A stretch of 63,302 bases of DNA, counting the filler, from Trichomonas gallinae (taxonomy: Eukaryota): assembly GCA_008369845.1 (NCBI GenBank). It is 4 parts of 4 records of this genome, joined end to end, with 100 filler letters (N's around TTAATTAATTAA, not from the genome) between each part and the next. Parts side by side here need not be neighbours in the genome. Positions count along the whole stretch, not along the records: positions 21,977 to 43,572 come from MRSU01001642.1; positions 43,673 to 56,937 come from MRSU01001654.1; 2 more parts are not named here. One strand, 5' to 3'. Positions 42,009 to 53,123 of this stretch are shown here, piece by piece; position 1 is the stretch's first letter, and the number at the start of each line of letters is the position of its first letter. A model generated the notes under the pieces. That model ran no database searches. It saw only the letters and a list, made by a program, of their open reading frames with translations, and had not been told where the DNA came from. Made by a program: the position numbers and the translations under genes.

Positions 42009-42853
42009 TATATAAAATCTATCTCGACGGTTTTACCTAAAAATTTTCGAGAATTATTTTATCGCACTAAAAAAAATTTTTTTTTGAATGATTACTGGCC
42101 AGATAATATTTACACGACAAAAATAAAATTACATGCCAAAACAATTTACATGTCATTAATTCATTTTACATAGCATATAATAATTTACATGTCAAAAACA
42201 GCTTTATTATTCAAATATTAAAAGGTTTGCATCAATAAACCCATTGTACTACAATGATTATTTCACTGTATATATAATGTGTCAAAGCTAAAATAGAGTA
42301 AAATGCAATTAATTTTATCTTATTGTTAATATTCATAAGATATTTCATTTAGTCATACTGATTCGTGCGAATTTGATGGGTATATATGAACAATAAGAAA
42401 TATTATACTCAATGCGAACTTAATTATTAATGGTTTAAAATCAAAAAAATATAATTTAAAAAGAAAGATAGTTATTGTTTGCAGCTATTCCTGATAGCAT
42501 GTTCATTTAATATTTATTCATTACTGACAAAAATAGGATTGATAAAATATTTGATAAATAAAAAAATCAGTAAAATCATAATTTCTAGTATGAAAAACGT
42601 CAATAAAGCTTATTGATAATTCGTATAATTGTAAACTAAGCAATAAATCGTCTTGACATAAAATAATAAAAATTGAATTCATTAATATTTAAGTAAAATC
42701 TATTTGGTATTTGATATTTGACTTCGTAACGAATAATATAGATCAATATTAAGCTCTACAGATCAAATCAAGCGTTTTGGATGAAATCATTTAATCAAAT
42801 CTAGAACCGCTAGAAATGATAAAATAGTAAACAGTTCCATAGTAAAATAAGAA

Positions 42854-43363
42854 CTATATTTTGAAAAGTGAGTGATTTTCTGGATCGAGGATGCTTCCAA
42901 TTTTCGAATTAATTTCATCATTATTGCATTTTCTAATTGACCATTTTTTAAGCTTTTTTCTCGAAACAAAATCGAAATACATTTGCAAATCTGCATATTT
43001 ATCTGCGCGATTGTGTATTATTTCAAAGTTAAGGGCCTTGAAATTTTTATTGATACCACTTATATCTCTATCTAAGAGTTTTTTCAGCTTTGCAGGACAA
43101 ATTGCGTAAAGATTATCTTCAAGATAAGCAACTCCTGTTGCATAGCATCTAGCTTTATCCATTTTACCGTTAACAATGCAGAAATTGAATATTGCATCGA
43201 GTATCTTTTTGAAATGAGACGAATCTCTTAATTTTCGTGCTGCTGTTTGAACTTCATTTGCTTTGGATTTTAAATCCTCCAGCTGCTGGATTGTCAAACT
43301 GTCGTATATTTTGAAATGTTTTAATGAAGGTTCTTTGATGCCAAAATTCAGTGGATTATTCAT
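42854..43363 (-). CDS. Initiator-binding domain (IBD) protein, paralog of 12892
   Basis: FKKILDAIFNFC...RCYATGVAYL...RDISGINK...KKWSIRKC. Confidence 0.85.
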   Translation of the reverse strand: MNNPLNFGIKEPSLKHFKIYDSLTIQQLEDLKSKANEVQTAARKLRDSSHFKKILDAIFNFCIVNGKMDKARCYATGVAYLEDNLYAICPAKLKKLLDRDISGINKNFKALNFEIIHNRADKYADLQMYFDFVSRKKLKKWSIRKCNNDEINSKIGSILDPENHSLFKI

Positions 43364-43572
43364 GACACTTTATATTTAATAAACCAAACTTTTGCCAAAT
43401 AAATTTTTACACGTCAGATTATCATCCTATTTTCAACTAGTATACAATAATCTTTATTATAATGTAGTGAGGCATGGAACCTCACATGACCAGTTTATTA
43501 TAGAGTTATGATCAACGTTGAACAAAGTTTTTGTCCGGGGATTTATAAAATTTTTACAAAATCTGGCCGGCC

Positions 43573-43672
43573 NNNNNNNNNNNNNNNNNNNNNNNNNNNN
43601 NNNNNNNNNNNNNNNNTTAATTAATTAANNNNNNNNNNNNNNNNNNNNNNNNNNNNNNNNNNNNNNNNNNNN
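43573..43672. other. Assembly gap with artificial linker
   Basis: N run containing TTAATTAATTAA. Confidence 0.98.
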
Positions 43673-44253
43673 ACATATACTAATATATTCATATGTATCA
43701 GCGATTTGAATTCCAATGAGGACGACGATAGCGAGGACGATAGACATCTATACAAGAAAACATAGAATTCACTAGAATTGCATCAAAATATAACAAAATT
43801 ATTTAAAAAGTAATTTTTTATTGGAGAAGATGTAATATATAGAAACACATGAAATTTGTTTTAATCTAATTAGTTTTAAAATAGATGAATTAATCATTAA
43901 ATAAATTTGATTTTGATATATTTTCAATGAGCCAAGTACACTAAATTTTTAGTATGTGTAATTCGATAGAAACTTATTTTTATTGTGTATAGACTTGTTC
44001 TCAAGATTTTTATTCATTGAATATTATCAAATATAATTTTTTCAAGGATTTTCCAGCATTTACTTGATACATTGCTGTATTAATAACCAATAGACGTCTC
44101 AAATTGGTTATTTTCTTGGGAAAAATGTATCTCGAAATCCTACTAAACGATACTCAATTTTTTTGAGGAAAAATAAATCTTTATATATTATATGTTATGA
44201 TAATGAAATAAAAAATCGCAGCGTGAGAAAAAGTTTACAAAAACCACCAAAAA

Positions 44254-45972
44254 ATGAGTGGTGCCAGCCAATTTCTAGGAAAGACCCTGACTGTTGGCAA
44301 ATACACTGTCACCGTCAAGGAGCAGATCGGCGAGGGTGGCTATGCCTGGGTTTACCGCGTTGTTGACGCTCAGGGACAAGAATACGCATTAAAATACGTA
44401 AATTGCTTAAATCGCGAGAGATTCCTTCAATTCAAGAAGGAAGCTGAAGTTCTTCAATCAATTCCACCGCACGACCACATTATCAAGCTTTTCGACGTTT
44501 CTATGGATCAATCTAGATATACAATCAACTTTTTGTTCGAATTGGCACCGCAAACAGCTATGAATATACTCCAGAAGAGAGATATGACAAGAGAAGAGAT
44601 TCTCATTTTCTTTGCCGCGATTTGCGAAGCCACGGCTTTCCTTCACGCTCAGAAGCCAGCAATCATCCATCGCGATCTCAAGCCAGAGAACTTGCTCGTT
44701 TCTACAGAAGGAATTCCAAAACTTTGCGATTTCGGTTCTGCTACAACACATATCTACCAAGTTGCCAATGTACGCGAAATTAACGAAGCCAGCGACGATA
44801 TCGAACGCAACACCACTCCAAACTTCCGCGCGCCAGAAATGGTTGACCTTTACAAGCGTGTTCCAATCGGTCCGGCTTGCGATGTCTGGGCTTTGGGCTG
44901 CACGCTCTATAAACTTGTTTTCCGCCAGGACCTATACAAGGCGGAAGAACGTTTGCCAATTCTCCAAGGAAAATTGAACATTCCAGCGGATTGCGATAAA
45001 GATTTCGCAAATCTCATGAAAATGTGCATCCAAGTCGAAGCCAAGCGCCGTCCAACAGCTGCTCGTCTTGCTGAAATCGCCGTAAATCTCCGCGGCGACA
45101 AGAAGACAATTGCATTGCCACCAAAACGCGTTGAGCAACCAGTTATCGGCAAATCAGCAGCCGCTCCAGGCCAGCAAGCCCAGGAAGGCGGTGCTTGGGG
45201 TCTTTTCTCATCAATCAAAGAAACAATCAGATCAGTTGTCTCTGTCGGTTCAGAAGGTTGGGTTGTCAAGGCCACGTTCGGTGATAACAACCCACCAGTA
45301 TCCAAATATGTTCGCCGCATCATCGTAGACTCAATCCGTCATACTAATGTCGATGTCAATCAAATTACAGATTTCATTCTTACACAGCGCCCATGGCAGA
45401 GCGATGCTAGAATCGCCGCCAAGTGCCTCTATTTAGTCGTACTTCTCACACAGTACCAAGCAAATCTTACACCATTAGTTCCTGTCACCGTAAAGAGCGA
45501 CCAAATCATGGCCTTCTTCTCTCAGGGCAGAGCGGACGACAACCTCAAAGGTGCGCTCGCCGTAATCAACGGTCTTTGCATTCTCCTTAGAACTAAGCTT
45601 ATGCTTCACGCTGCGCACAGCGAGTTGCAAGGAAACTTATACTCAACCGATAAAGTTTCTGATGGTTTAGCAGAAGACGCCATTAAATACGGCAAGGGAA
45701 TCTTAGAGTGCTCGCGCAATCTCTTGAAGGCTGCAAAAGCTGCACGCGACTTCTCTGCCATTGTCATGTGCCAGCCTGCAATCGAAGAGGCTGTCAACGC
45801 CGCTAAGCTCCTCAAGAAGGTCAACCCTGAGGCTGGCAAGGAGACTATCGATGATATCATGAAGCTCCTCAATGAAGCCCAGGCACTTCCATACCTCGCT
45901 TCTGCCATTGATTATCCTGAGAGTGCGGATAAGATTGAAGAACCAACACCGCGTTTTGTTGCTGCTAAGTAA
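44254..45972 (+). CDS. NAK-family (AAK1/GAK-like) kinase with C-terminal ANTH-like domain
   Basis: IGEGGYA, HRDLKPEN, LCDFGSA, TTPNFRAPEMVDLY and DVWALG; C-terminal VKAT..NNPPVSKYVRRI...AAKCLYL. Confidence 0.92.
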   Translation: MSGASQFLGKTLTVGKYTVTVKEQIGEGGYAWVYRVVDAQGQEYALKYVNCLNRERFLQFKKEAEVLQSIPPHDHIIKLFDVSMDQSRYTINFLFELAPQTAMNILQKRDMTREEILIFFAAICEATAFLHAQKPAIIHRDLKPENLLVSTEGIPKLCDFGSATTHIYQVANVREINEASDDIERNTTPNFRAPEMVDLYKRVPIGPACDVWALGCTLYKLVFRQDLYKAEERLPILQGKLNIPADCDKDFANLMKMCIQVEAKRRPTAARLAEIAVNLRGDKKTIALPPKRVEQPVIGKSAAAPGQQAQEGGAWGLFSSIKETIRSVVSVGSEGWVVKATFGDNNPPVSKYVRRIIVDSIRHTNVDVNQITDFILTQRPWQSDARIAAKCLYLVVLLTQYQANLTPLVPVTVKSDQIMAFFSQGRADDNLKGALAVINGLCILLRTKLMLHAAHSELQGNLYSTDKVSDGLAEDAIKYGKGILECSRNLLKAAKAARDFSAIVMCQPAIEEAVNAAKLLKKVNPEAGKETIDDIMKLLNEAQALPYLASAIDYPESADKIEEPTPRFVAAK

Positions 45973-46409
45973 AAAAATAAGAGTTTCTCTATTTGAAATA
46001 ATACAATATTTTCCTTCAAACAACAAAAAAAAGATGCCAAAATTTTGATATTTTACGTGACATATTTCTCTTCATAAGATAGTGCATCATAATCTGGCGA
46101 AAATTCATTTTCTAATGCTGAATAAGTAACCAATACACATTTTATGGATGCTTTACCTGTGAGTAAATATATCTGAAATAACAATTATATGTTTTCAGAT
46201 CCTAGTCATAGTTAAAGCATTCTTTTCGTGAAAGATCATTTTCTATTTCCTCCATTTTTGACGTTTTACGTGTCAAAAGATAAGATAAGAATTTTGGCAA
46301 ATAAAGAGTTAAAAATATTTTGACAAGTAAAATTAATTTTGACTGTTATTGAATGAAATATGACAAATAAAAGTGATTTACAAAGCAAAAATCAAATAGT
46401 TCTGTTTTA

Positions 46410-47090
46410 ATGTCTAATCTTCGCCAAACAATTATACAAACTATAATGACAAAGCCATTCTTAACAGCGCAGCAACTCGATCAAATTATCGCGCCGTTGA
46501 ATACAGAAAGAGATCAATTTATTATCACAACAAATCAAGCACTTGAGCCACTTGGTCTTACACTTAGATCAGTGACATCTGATTATGACAGCGCTGTTTA
46601 TTACGGAATTTGCCAGATTTACGAAGATATTAACGGAAAAGAAAGTCTTGGAATCAAAGCTGAAATTGTCCAGCTTTATTACAAATTCCTTGAGCTTCTT
46701 ATCAATGGTCAAAACGAAAATGATGAAGCAATTACAGTTGGTAGACTTCTTGATCTTGCTCCGGATAATATTTCGCAAAGCGTTGCACAAGAAGGCTTAA
46801 ATCAGCTCAAATCATTCGGATACTTAGATATTGTTCATGATTCCGTCAGAATTGGCCCTAGAGGACTTCTCGAATTTCGTCCTAAATTCAGCCAAAAGAC
46901 TGTCGATGCTGTTGATGGAGGTATCAGGAGCTGCTGCATTTGCTACGATTTTATCCTTGCTGGTTTAAAATGCTCTCGTTGCTCTTGCTGCATCCACAAG
47001 CATTGTATGGAATCATACGCACGAGGCAGAGCTGATCCACCATGTCCTCAATGCCAGTGCACAGAAGCTTTCCATCCATTTGGTATGTAA
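46410..47090 (+). CDS. NSE1: Nse1-like SMC5/6 subunit with RING domain
   Basis: IIQTIM N-terminus, GPRGLLEF winged-helix motif, CxxC..CxxC..HxxC..CPxC RING. Confidence 0.85.
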   Translation: MSNLRQTIIQTIMTKPFLTAQQLDQIIAPLNTERDQFIITTNQALEPLGLTLRSVTSDYDSAVYYGICQIYEDINGKESLGIKAEIVQLYYKFLELLINGQNENDEAITVGRLLDLAPDNISQSVAQEGLNQLKSFGYLDIVHDSVRIGPRGLLEFRPKFSQKTVDAVDGGIRSCCICYDFILAGLKCSRCSCCIHKHCMESYARGRADPPCPQCQCTEAFHPFGM

Positions 47091-47597
47091 TTTTTTTTAT
47101 TTAATAAAGTGTTTTGAATACATTTCTTATCACATACTTACTTTTTTGCTGAAAACTAGGCCAAATATTTATATATTTTTAAGATAAATTCAAAATCAAA
47201 TTATGAAATCGAAAATTTTAATAATTAGACAGTCAAATTTTCAGCAAATTCATAGTAGGACTTATTAATGTTATATTGCAAAAAAAATATGAGATATGAT
47301 ATTTTGTCTTGAAATGCAATAATTTTTGACGAAAAATTGAAATTTTGTCATGTAAACTAATAATTTCGATTTCCAAACATTGGTAACGACAACCTTGTCA
47401 GAAAATGTGTACATCTATTCATATTGAGGAGAATATGACATATATCATCTTCATTTTGTATAAAAATGTATTTTCGTAAAATGTTCATAAAAATATCTGA
47501 AATATTGCTATAAAATTTGGATAAATAGAATAAAATATGGCCATATTGTATATGCAATTATAACAACAACGATAAAAGTCATTTTTCTGTATTGGTT

Positions 47598-48937
47598 ATG
47601 TTGAATTCAATCCCTCAAGAATATGTTGAGGGATTGAATGATATGTCTACTGCTATTGAACGGATAGTTCTAGATGAATCATTTCCAATTGCAGTGAAAC
47701 AGAATACTCCTGAATTATTAAATTAGTATATTTTTCATTCTAATAATCTAGTTTAAAGCATCATATTAATGATGTATTGTCTGTTGTAACTGAAGAAATA
47801 CCATCCGAAGCATCAATTACACTTTATAAAAATATTGTTGCAGCAGAACCTGCTTTTCTCGAAATATTTTGCAAAGATATCGAATTCAACAAACAGATAT
47901 GTCGGATAATTGTTGATCAAAACACACACGAAGATGTTTTAGTTCGAATTTTAAGAATTATTAGTCAATTCTTTTTTAAAGCACCTCATTTTTTGCCTCA
48001 GAATTACGCAGTTACTGATACTTTGATATGCATGATTGATAAGCCATGTGTTTTAAATCTTATAGATGCAATTTTATCATCTGGTCAATCTTTATTGCAA
48101 ACAGTTTTGTATATCAGAAAACAAAATATACCAAAGAAAATATATAATTTACTTACAGAAGTTTCATCACTTCCTTCAGATTCAATATCAAAATATTCGT
48201 TTGGTCCAGTTGATACAAAAAGACTAGCAGCATTCCAAATTGTCTCGAGAATTGCACGGAATCCGATTCTCGGATCCATAAATAGACATCAAAAATTTTT
48301 AAGAATTTTATTTAAGCAACCACAAGACTTGCCGGCATATATAAAGAACTTTCAATGGAATGCTATGCTTTCTGTAATGAATATTAAACAGATTCGCTCA
48401 GCAGATTTCATTTTAGAAAAATCAATTGAAATTCTTCGAAATTTAGCAGAATCCGATCATTTTCATCAATATATGTTTCATGCATTCACAATATTTAACC
48501 AAGTGTTAACCGTTGAGCCTCTTTTAACGCTTAAAAAAATAGATTCATTCGAAATTTTTGTAAATCAGCTATTAAATGGAATTAAGCACTTCAAATATGC
48601 AACAAATCTTCATATACAGTTCAGGAGGTTTTACAACATTTGTTTGACTTATCATTCCCTTTCTATCCTGATTGTTAGATTTTGTGTTCCATTTTTTGTA
48701 TATACTTGCTCGACACTTGATAATAGGGTCTTAGCAGCAACAATTAACGAACTTTTGATAAAAACCATAGATATTGCTAAGAAAAAACAGCTAATTAAAG
48801 ATGAATTACGAAATATTCCTGAATTCGCTTATTATGCAACATCAACACTACGTGAATACAAAAATATTACATCTGAAAACTATGGTATTGACCCACCTGG
48901 AAGAATTTACTCATTTTTCGCGAAATTTTTCAATTAA
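47598..48937 (+). CDS. Two-exon helical protein, possibly SIT4/PP6 regulatory (SAPS)-like; join(47598..47725,47752..48937)
   Basis: Inr TCATTT at 47579 and ATG at 47598; removing a 26-nt GT-AG intron yields ...PELLNY-LKHHINDVLSVV... in frame with the 47777 ORF (437 aa). Confidence 0.75.
47726..47751 (+). other. Short spliceosomal intron (26 nt)
   Basis: GTATATTTTTCATTCTAATAATCTAG; removal deletes an in-frame TAG and restores the frame. Confidence 0.78.
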
Positions 48938-49411
48938 TTTTATATCTATTATATTATAACTTGTGTGTATTAAAATAATGCGTTATTGTTTGTATATATT
49001 GCTATTATATCATAAAATATCAACCTAATCAATATTAATAATCCCAAAAATAAATTGATGTGATTCATATGTTTTATATGAATGAATTGAAGTACAATCA
49101 AGAGTATTTATAGATTTGCATTAGTATTTTTATCATATTCTGAAAATTCTACAAACATTTAAATTCAATCGTGAAACATCAGCCAATCACATGATTTTTA
49201 ATACTAACGAAATTCATTGGCATTAAAAATTAGTTGACTGATAAAATACAATGAATAGAATAAAGATAAACAGAAAATTATTTAAAATTAATCAGAAAGG
49301 TAATTAATGAGATTAGTTGATTTACAAAGATAGGCAGAGCAATTAGAAGTTTATACTATGCTTATAGTAATTCAGTTTTCTATTAATTTCTTTATGAGTG
49401 AAAAAATTAAC

Positions 49412-50601
49412 TTATTCAGCGCCATTATCTATTAAATACTCAACAATTTCATTATATCCATAATGTTTTGCCACATCCAGTGGAGAACTATAAATAGTAA
49501 ATGCTCTCGATAAATAAAAAATGAAATACAATCATATTAACATCAGCGCCTTTTTCGACAAGATATTTAACCATTTTAAGATTGTTAGTTTCAATTGCAG
49601 CAACAAGAGGAGAGGTGTCATATAAAAATAAAGAACAAAATCTTCAAATAATGATGAATATAACAATAATAAATAAACAATGAATGTAATGTCAAGAAAA
49701 ATAAACATCGCGAAAATTAATAAATAAAGAACTAGTTTCTTATTAATGTTTGCGCCATGATCGACTAGGTATTCAACTAATTCAAATGAATTAATGATAA
49801 TTGCATCAGTTAATGGAGTCCTTTTATCAAAAATAGAACGTCAACTAAATTACTGTAATTATCTATTTGATATCCATTTTCAACGAGAAAAATCAAAAAT
49901 AAAATATTCCCATTATAAAACTCGTCAGCATACGATACTAAAATCTCATCGAATTCTTGTTTAATTTCAAGAAGCCAATCGAAAACATCGTGATGATGAA
50001 ATCTAATTGCTGTCAGTTCACACTCGTCATTAAATTGATATCCATCATTATACAATGACATTATTATATCTTTGTTGCCTCCTTCGATAGCAAATCTTTC
50101 ATTAGTAATTTTGCAGCCTAATAGTTTTAAATACTGGAAACATTTATATGAGCCAAATTTGCAAGCAATATCAATGAGAGATAAATTCTTTGATGTCGTT
50201 TGATTGATATCAAAATCTAATATTTTTAAATCATCGATTTTATCTAGTGCAACTAGTTGAAATATAGAATCCAGCTTGAAAATATTCGTTTGTATTGATT
50301 CATTTTCGATTCCATATTTTTCTTTAATAAATTTGCAAAAATCGATATAAAAAGAGATGTTCTTTGGTCTAATAGTTGATGCAATATTCAATAAATATAA
50401 AACAGTATCGATTTTCAACAGCCCTTTGTCTATATAATTGCTTATTTCTGAAAAAGTTGTATTTAATTGATCTTTTTCTAATGTATACTGTTCTAATAAT
50501 GACATGCAATCAATAAGTGGCTTAAGAGGAGTTGGAATTTCAATATCTTTAATTCTCTTTACCTTTAAACTGTTATAAACTTGCGACAATTTAAATGTCA
50601 C
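49412..50601 (-). CDS. DUF3447 + ankyrin-repeat gene interrupted by three frame-breaking spacers (or pseudogene)
   Basis: AIEGGNKDII..AIRFHHHDVFDWL (DUF3447); downstream of the ORF stop, three intact ankyrin repeats lie in shifted frames and end ..YLIDNGAE* at 49412. Confidence 0.75.
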
Positions 50602-51175
50602 TTTTATTTAATCGTCAATGATTTGATATGTAAAGTACTTTTTTGTCAAATAAAATAATTACATGTCATTATTATTTCATCGAAGTCAAACTATTTAAAT
50701 TATCAATATCAACACAAAAACAGATTAAAAAAAAACAATAGAACAGATTTCTATTTACTAGCAGACTATTACAATGCTATCAAATCTTCATGCTGCTTAT
50801 TATAAAACTAGTTGACCGGCAGACAATTTATAATATATCGATAAATATCAAATATGTAACCTAAATTCTGAGTTTCATCGAAAAAATCAAATTGAGAACT
50901 CTTTGCCTATTTGCGGCGACACGTGGGATTTTCCACTGACAGTATTTTTCATGCTTGTAAAAATAGATGATGATTCTACATATTATCAGTCTATATTTTT
51001 GGTGTTGGTGTTGGAACATCTTATGACAAAAATCGATTCAACAATGTTATTTGATGACCAAATTGTCAGTTGTCCTCATCTAATGATTTTAATTGAATTA
51101 GCTTGTCAATACTTCCCAAAATCAACGATTTGTGGGTTAGTCAAATTTGACTAAAAGTGACAAAAAAATAAATCC

Positions 51176-52164
51176 ATGAATACTCAACTTGTTGCAGGAT
51201 TTGAAATCGAGTCAACAGTATCCAGCACAGATGAGTCAACTGTTTATCAAGTCAATGATAAAATAACATGCCGCAAAATGATTGCTAAGAAATGCCTCAC
51301 AAAGCATTCAACCAGAAATAAGAAACATATCGAAATATTAAGAAGAATTAATCACCCTCATATTTTAACTCCGGAATTAATCTTAGAAGAAAACGACCAA
51401 ACAGTTTTAATAATGCCGCTTATTAATGGTCCTGATTTATACGACGCATTGTTAAAATATCATTATAGATTTACAGAAAAACAGGTATGTAATATTGTTT
51501 ATCAAATTGTAACAGCAATAAATTATCTCCATCAATCAAAAATCTATCATGGAGATGTAAAACTAGAAAACTTTATGCTAAAATCCAATGACATTGATAA
51601 TCCATATGTCTACATGATTGATTTCGGACATTCAAATGATTTTGAAATTGGAAGTGTTCATTCTGGGCCCATTGGCACCCCAAATTACAACACGCCTGAA
51701 TTAGTTCTGTATAATCAATGTATGTATCTTTTTACGGTATTTGGATATAATTTATTCAAATTACCGGTTTTATCGATAAATACTAACACACAGTTAACGA
51801 AAAAGTAGATATATGGGGTGTTGGATTGATTGCTTATGCATTATTAATATGTGATTTTCCTTTTTTAACCAACGGTATTACAATGGAAAAAGTCAAGTTA
51901 AATATTTTGACTTTCAAGCTCGAATTTCCATCACACGAAGACAATGATTATATGTATGAAGATCTTTCTGAAGAAGCAAAAGATTTTATAACTAAAGCAT
52001 TAACTAAAGACCCAAATCAAAGAGCATCTGCCTCCGAATTACTGGAGCATCCATGGCTCAGAGAATTTGCAGGACAGGCTGTCGAACTGCCCCCTGCTCC
52101 TGATATTATTGATGATAGGAAACTCACTCATTCATCAGACGATGATGAAGTTCAATTTTTCTAA
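51176..52164 (+). CDS. CAMK-group Ser/Thr kinase; join(51176..51719,51794..52164)
   Basis: HGDVKLEN, IDFG and GTPNYNTPE; splicing gives LYNQF-NEKVDIWGVGLIAY and joins the two track ORFs (304 aa). Confidence 0.92.
51720..51793 (+). other. Spliceosomal intron (74 nt)
   Basis: 5' GTATGT and 3' ACTAACACACAG, the conserved Trichomonas branch/acceptor 12-mer. Confidence 0.95.
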
Positions 52165-52264
52165 AAGTGTATTAATATATACCGAAATAAACAAGTCAAA
52201 CATAGATAAGATTTGTAACTTTATATATGATATTTTGTATTTATTAGTTAAATCATAGCATTTT

Positions 52265-53123
52265 TGTGTGCCCCAATATGTGTGAGCATCTCAAGTTAGA
52301 AATGTGCTAGATTCGATCTGAAACCATATTTAGATAGCCTACAGGCAGGTACTGAACACAATATACTATTATATCTTTAATCATATTCTAATATAATTTT
52401 TTCCTCTGTTTTTAAAAATTTGTTACTTTGTTGGATATTTTGTCAAAAAGTTTATGTTCTGCGTCATGAGTTGCGCTTTTTAACATTTTTTTATGTACAT
52501 GAATAAAGTGAAGTCTAAAGATACTACATCTGTTGAGAAAGCAAGATGATCAAAGCTAATTAAGGATTTGGACGATGTTTTTGAAATTGAAGATTTTTGA
52601 TTTTTGAGATCACGTTTCCCATTGGGAGAAAATTATTCTTTAACTTTGTATAGAGATTCAAACTCTTAATATGCAACTCATAGTAAAGTACCTATATACT
52701 CCTCCATGTTATGCACTGAAGTGAATGAATAGTTTTCGAGGGCTCGTCGAATTACTTTGACAACAATCCATCATTCGATTTTGTATCAAAATTCGACTCG
52801 GGAGAATTTTCATTGAACCAGTTTGGCATGAGAAGAATCTTGATAATTATTGAGTAGCTAGATATAATATACTTGAAGATGTCTTTTATTTCTTAATTGG
52901 TTTGAGTCATTGCAAATTCATTTTCATTAAGATACTCAACGAGTTATTTGAACTCGATTAAAAAATGTAAAAATAGCATGTGTCCCGGTATGCGTGAGCA
53001 TCTCAAGTTAGGGATGTGCTAGATTCGATCTGAACCAACATATAGATAACCCATTGTTAGATACTGAACATATTATTCTATTAGGTCTTGAGCCACATTG
53101 TAATATAATTTTCTCCTATGTTT
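52265..53123. repeat. Pair of ~145-bp diverged direct repeats (52265-52410 and 52979-53123)
   Basis: Shared GTGAGCATCTCAAGTTAG..ATGTGCTAGATTCGATCTGAA..TACTGAACA..TAATATAATTTT core. Confidence 0.85.

Noticed and set aside
43673..43765. Short acidic open frame after the gap (..NSNEDDDSEDDRHLYKKT*)
   Set aside because: May be the 3' end of a gene lost in the gap, but too short to support.
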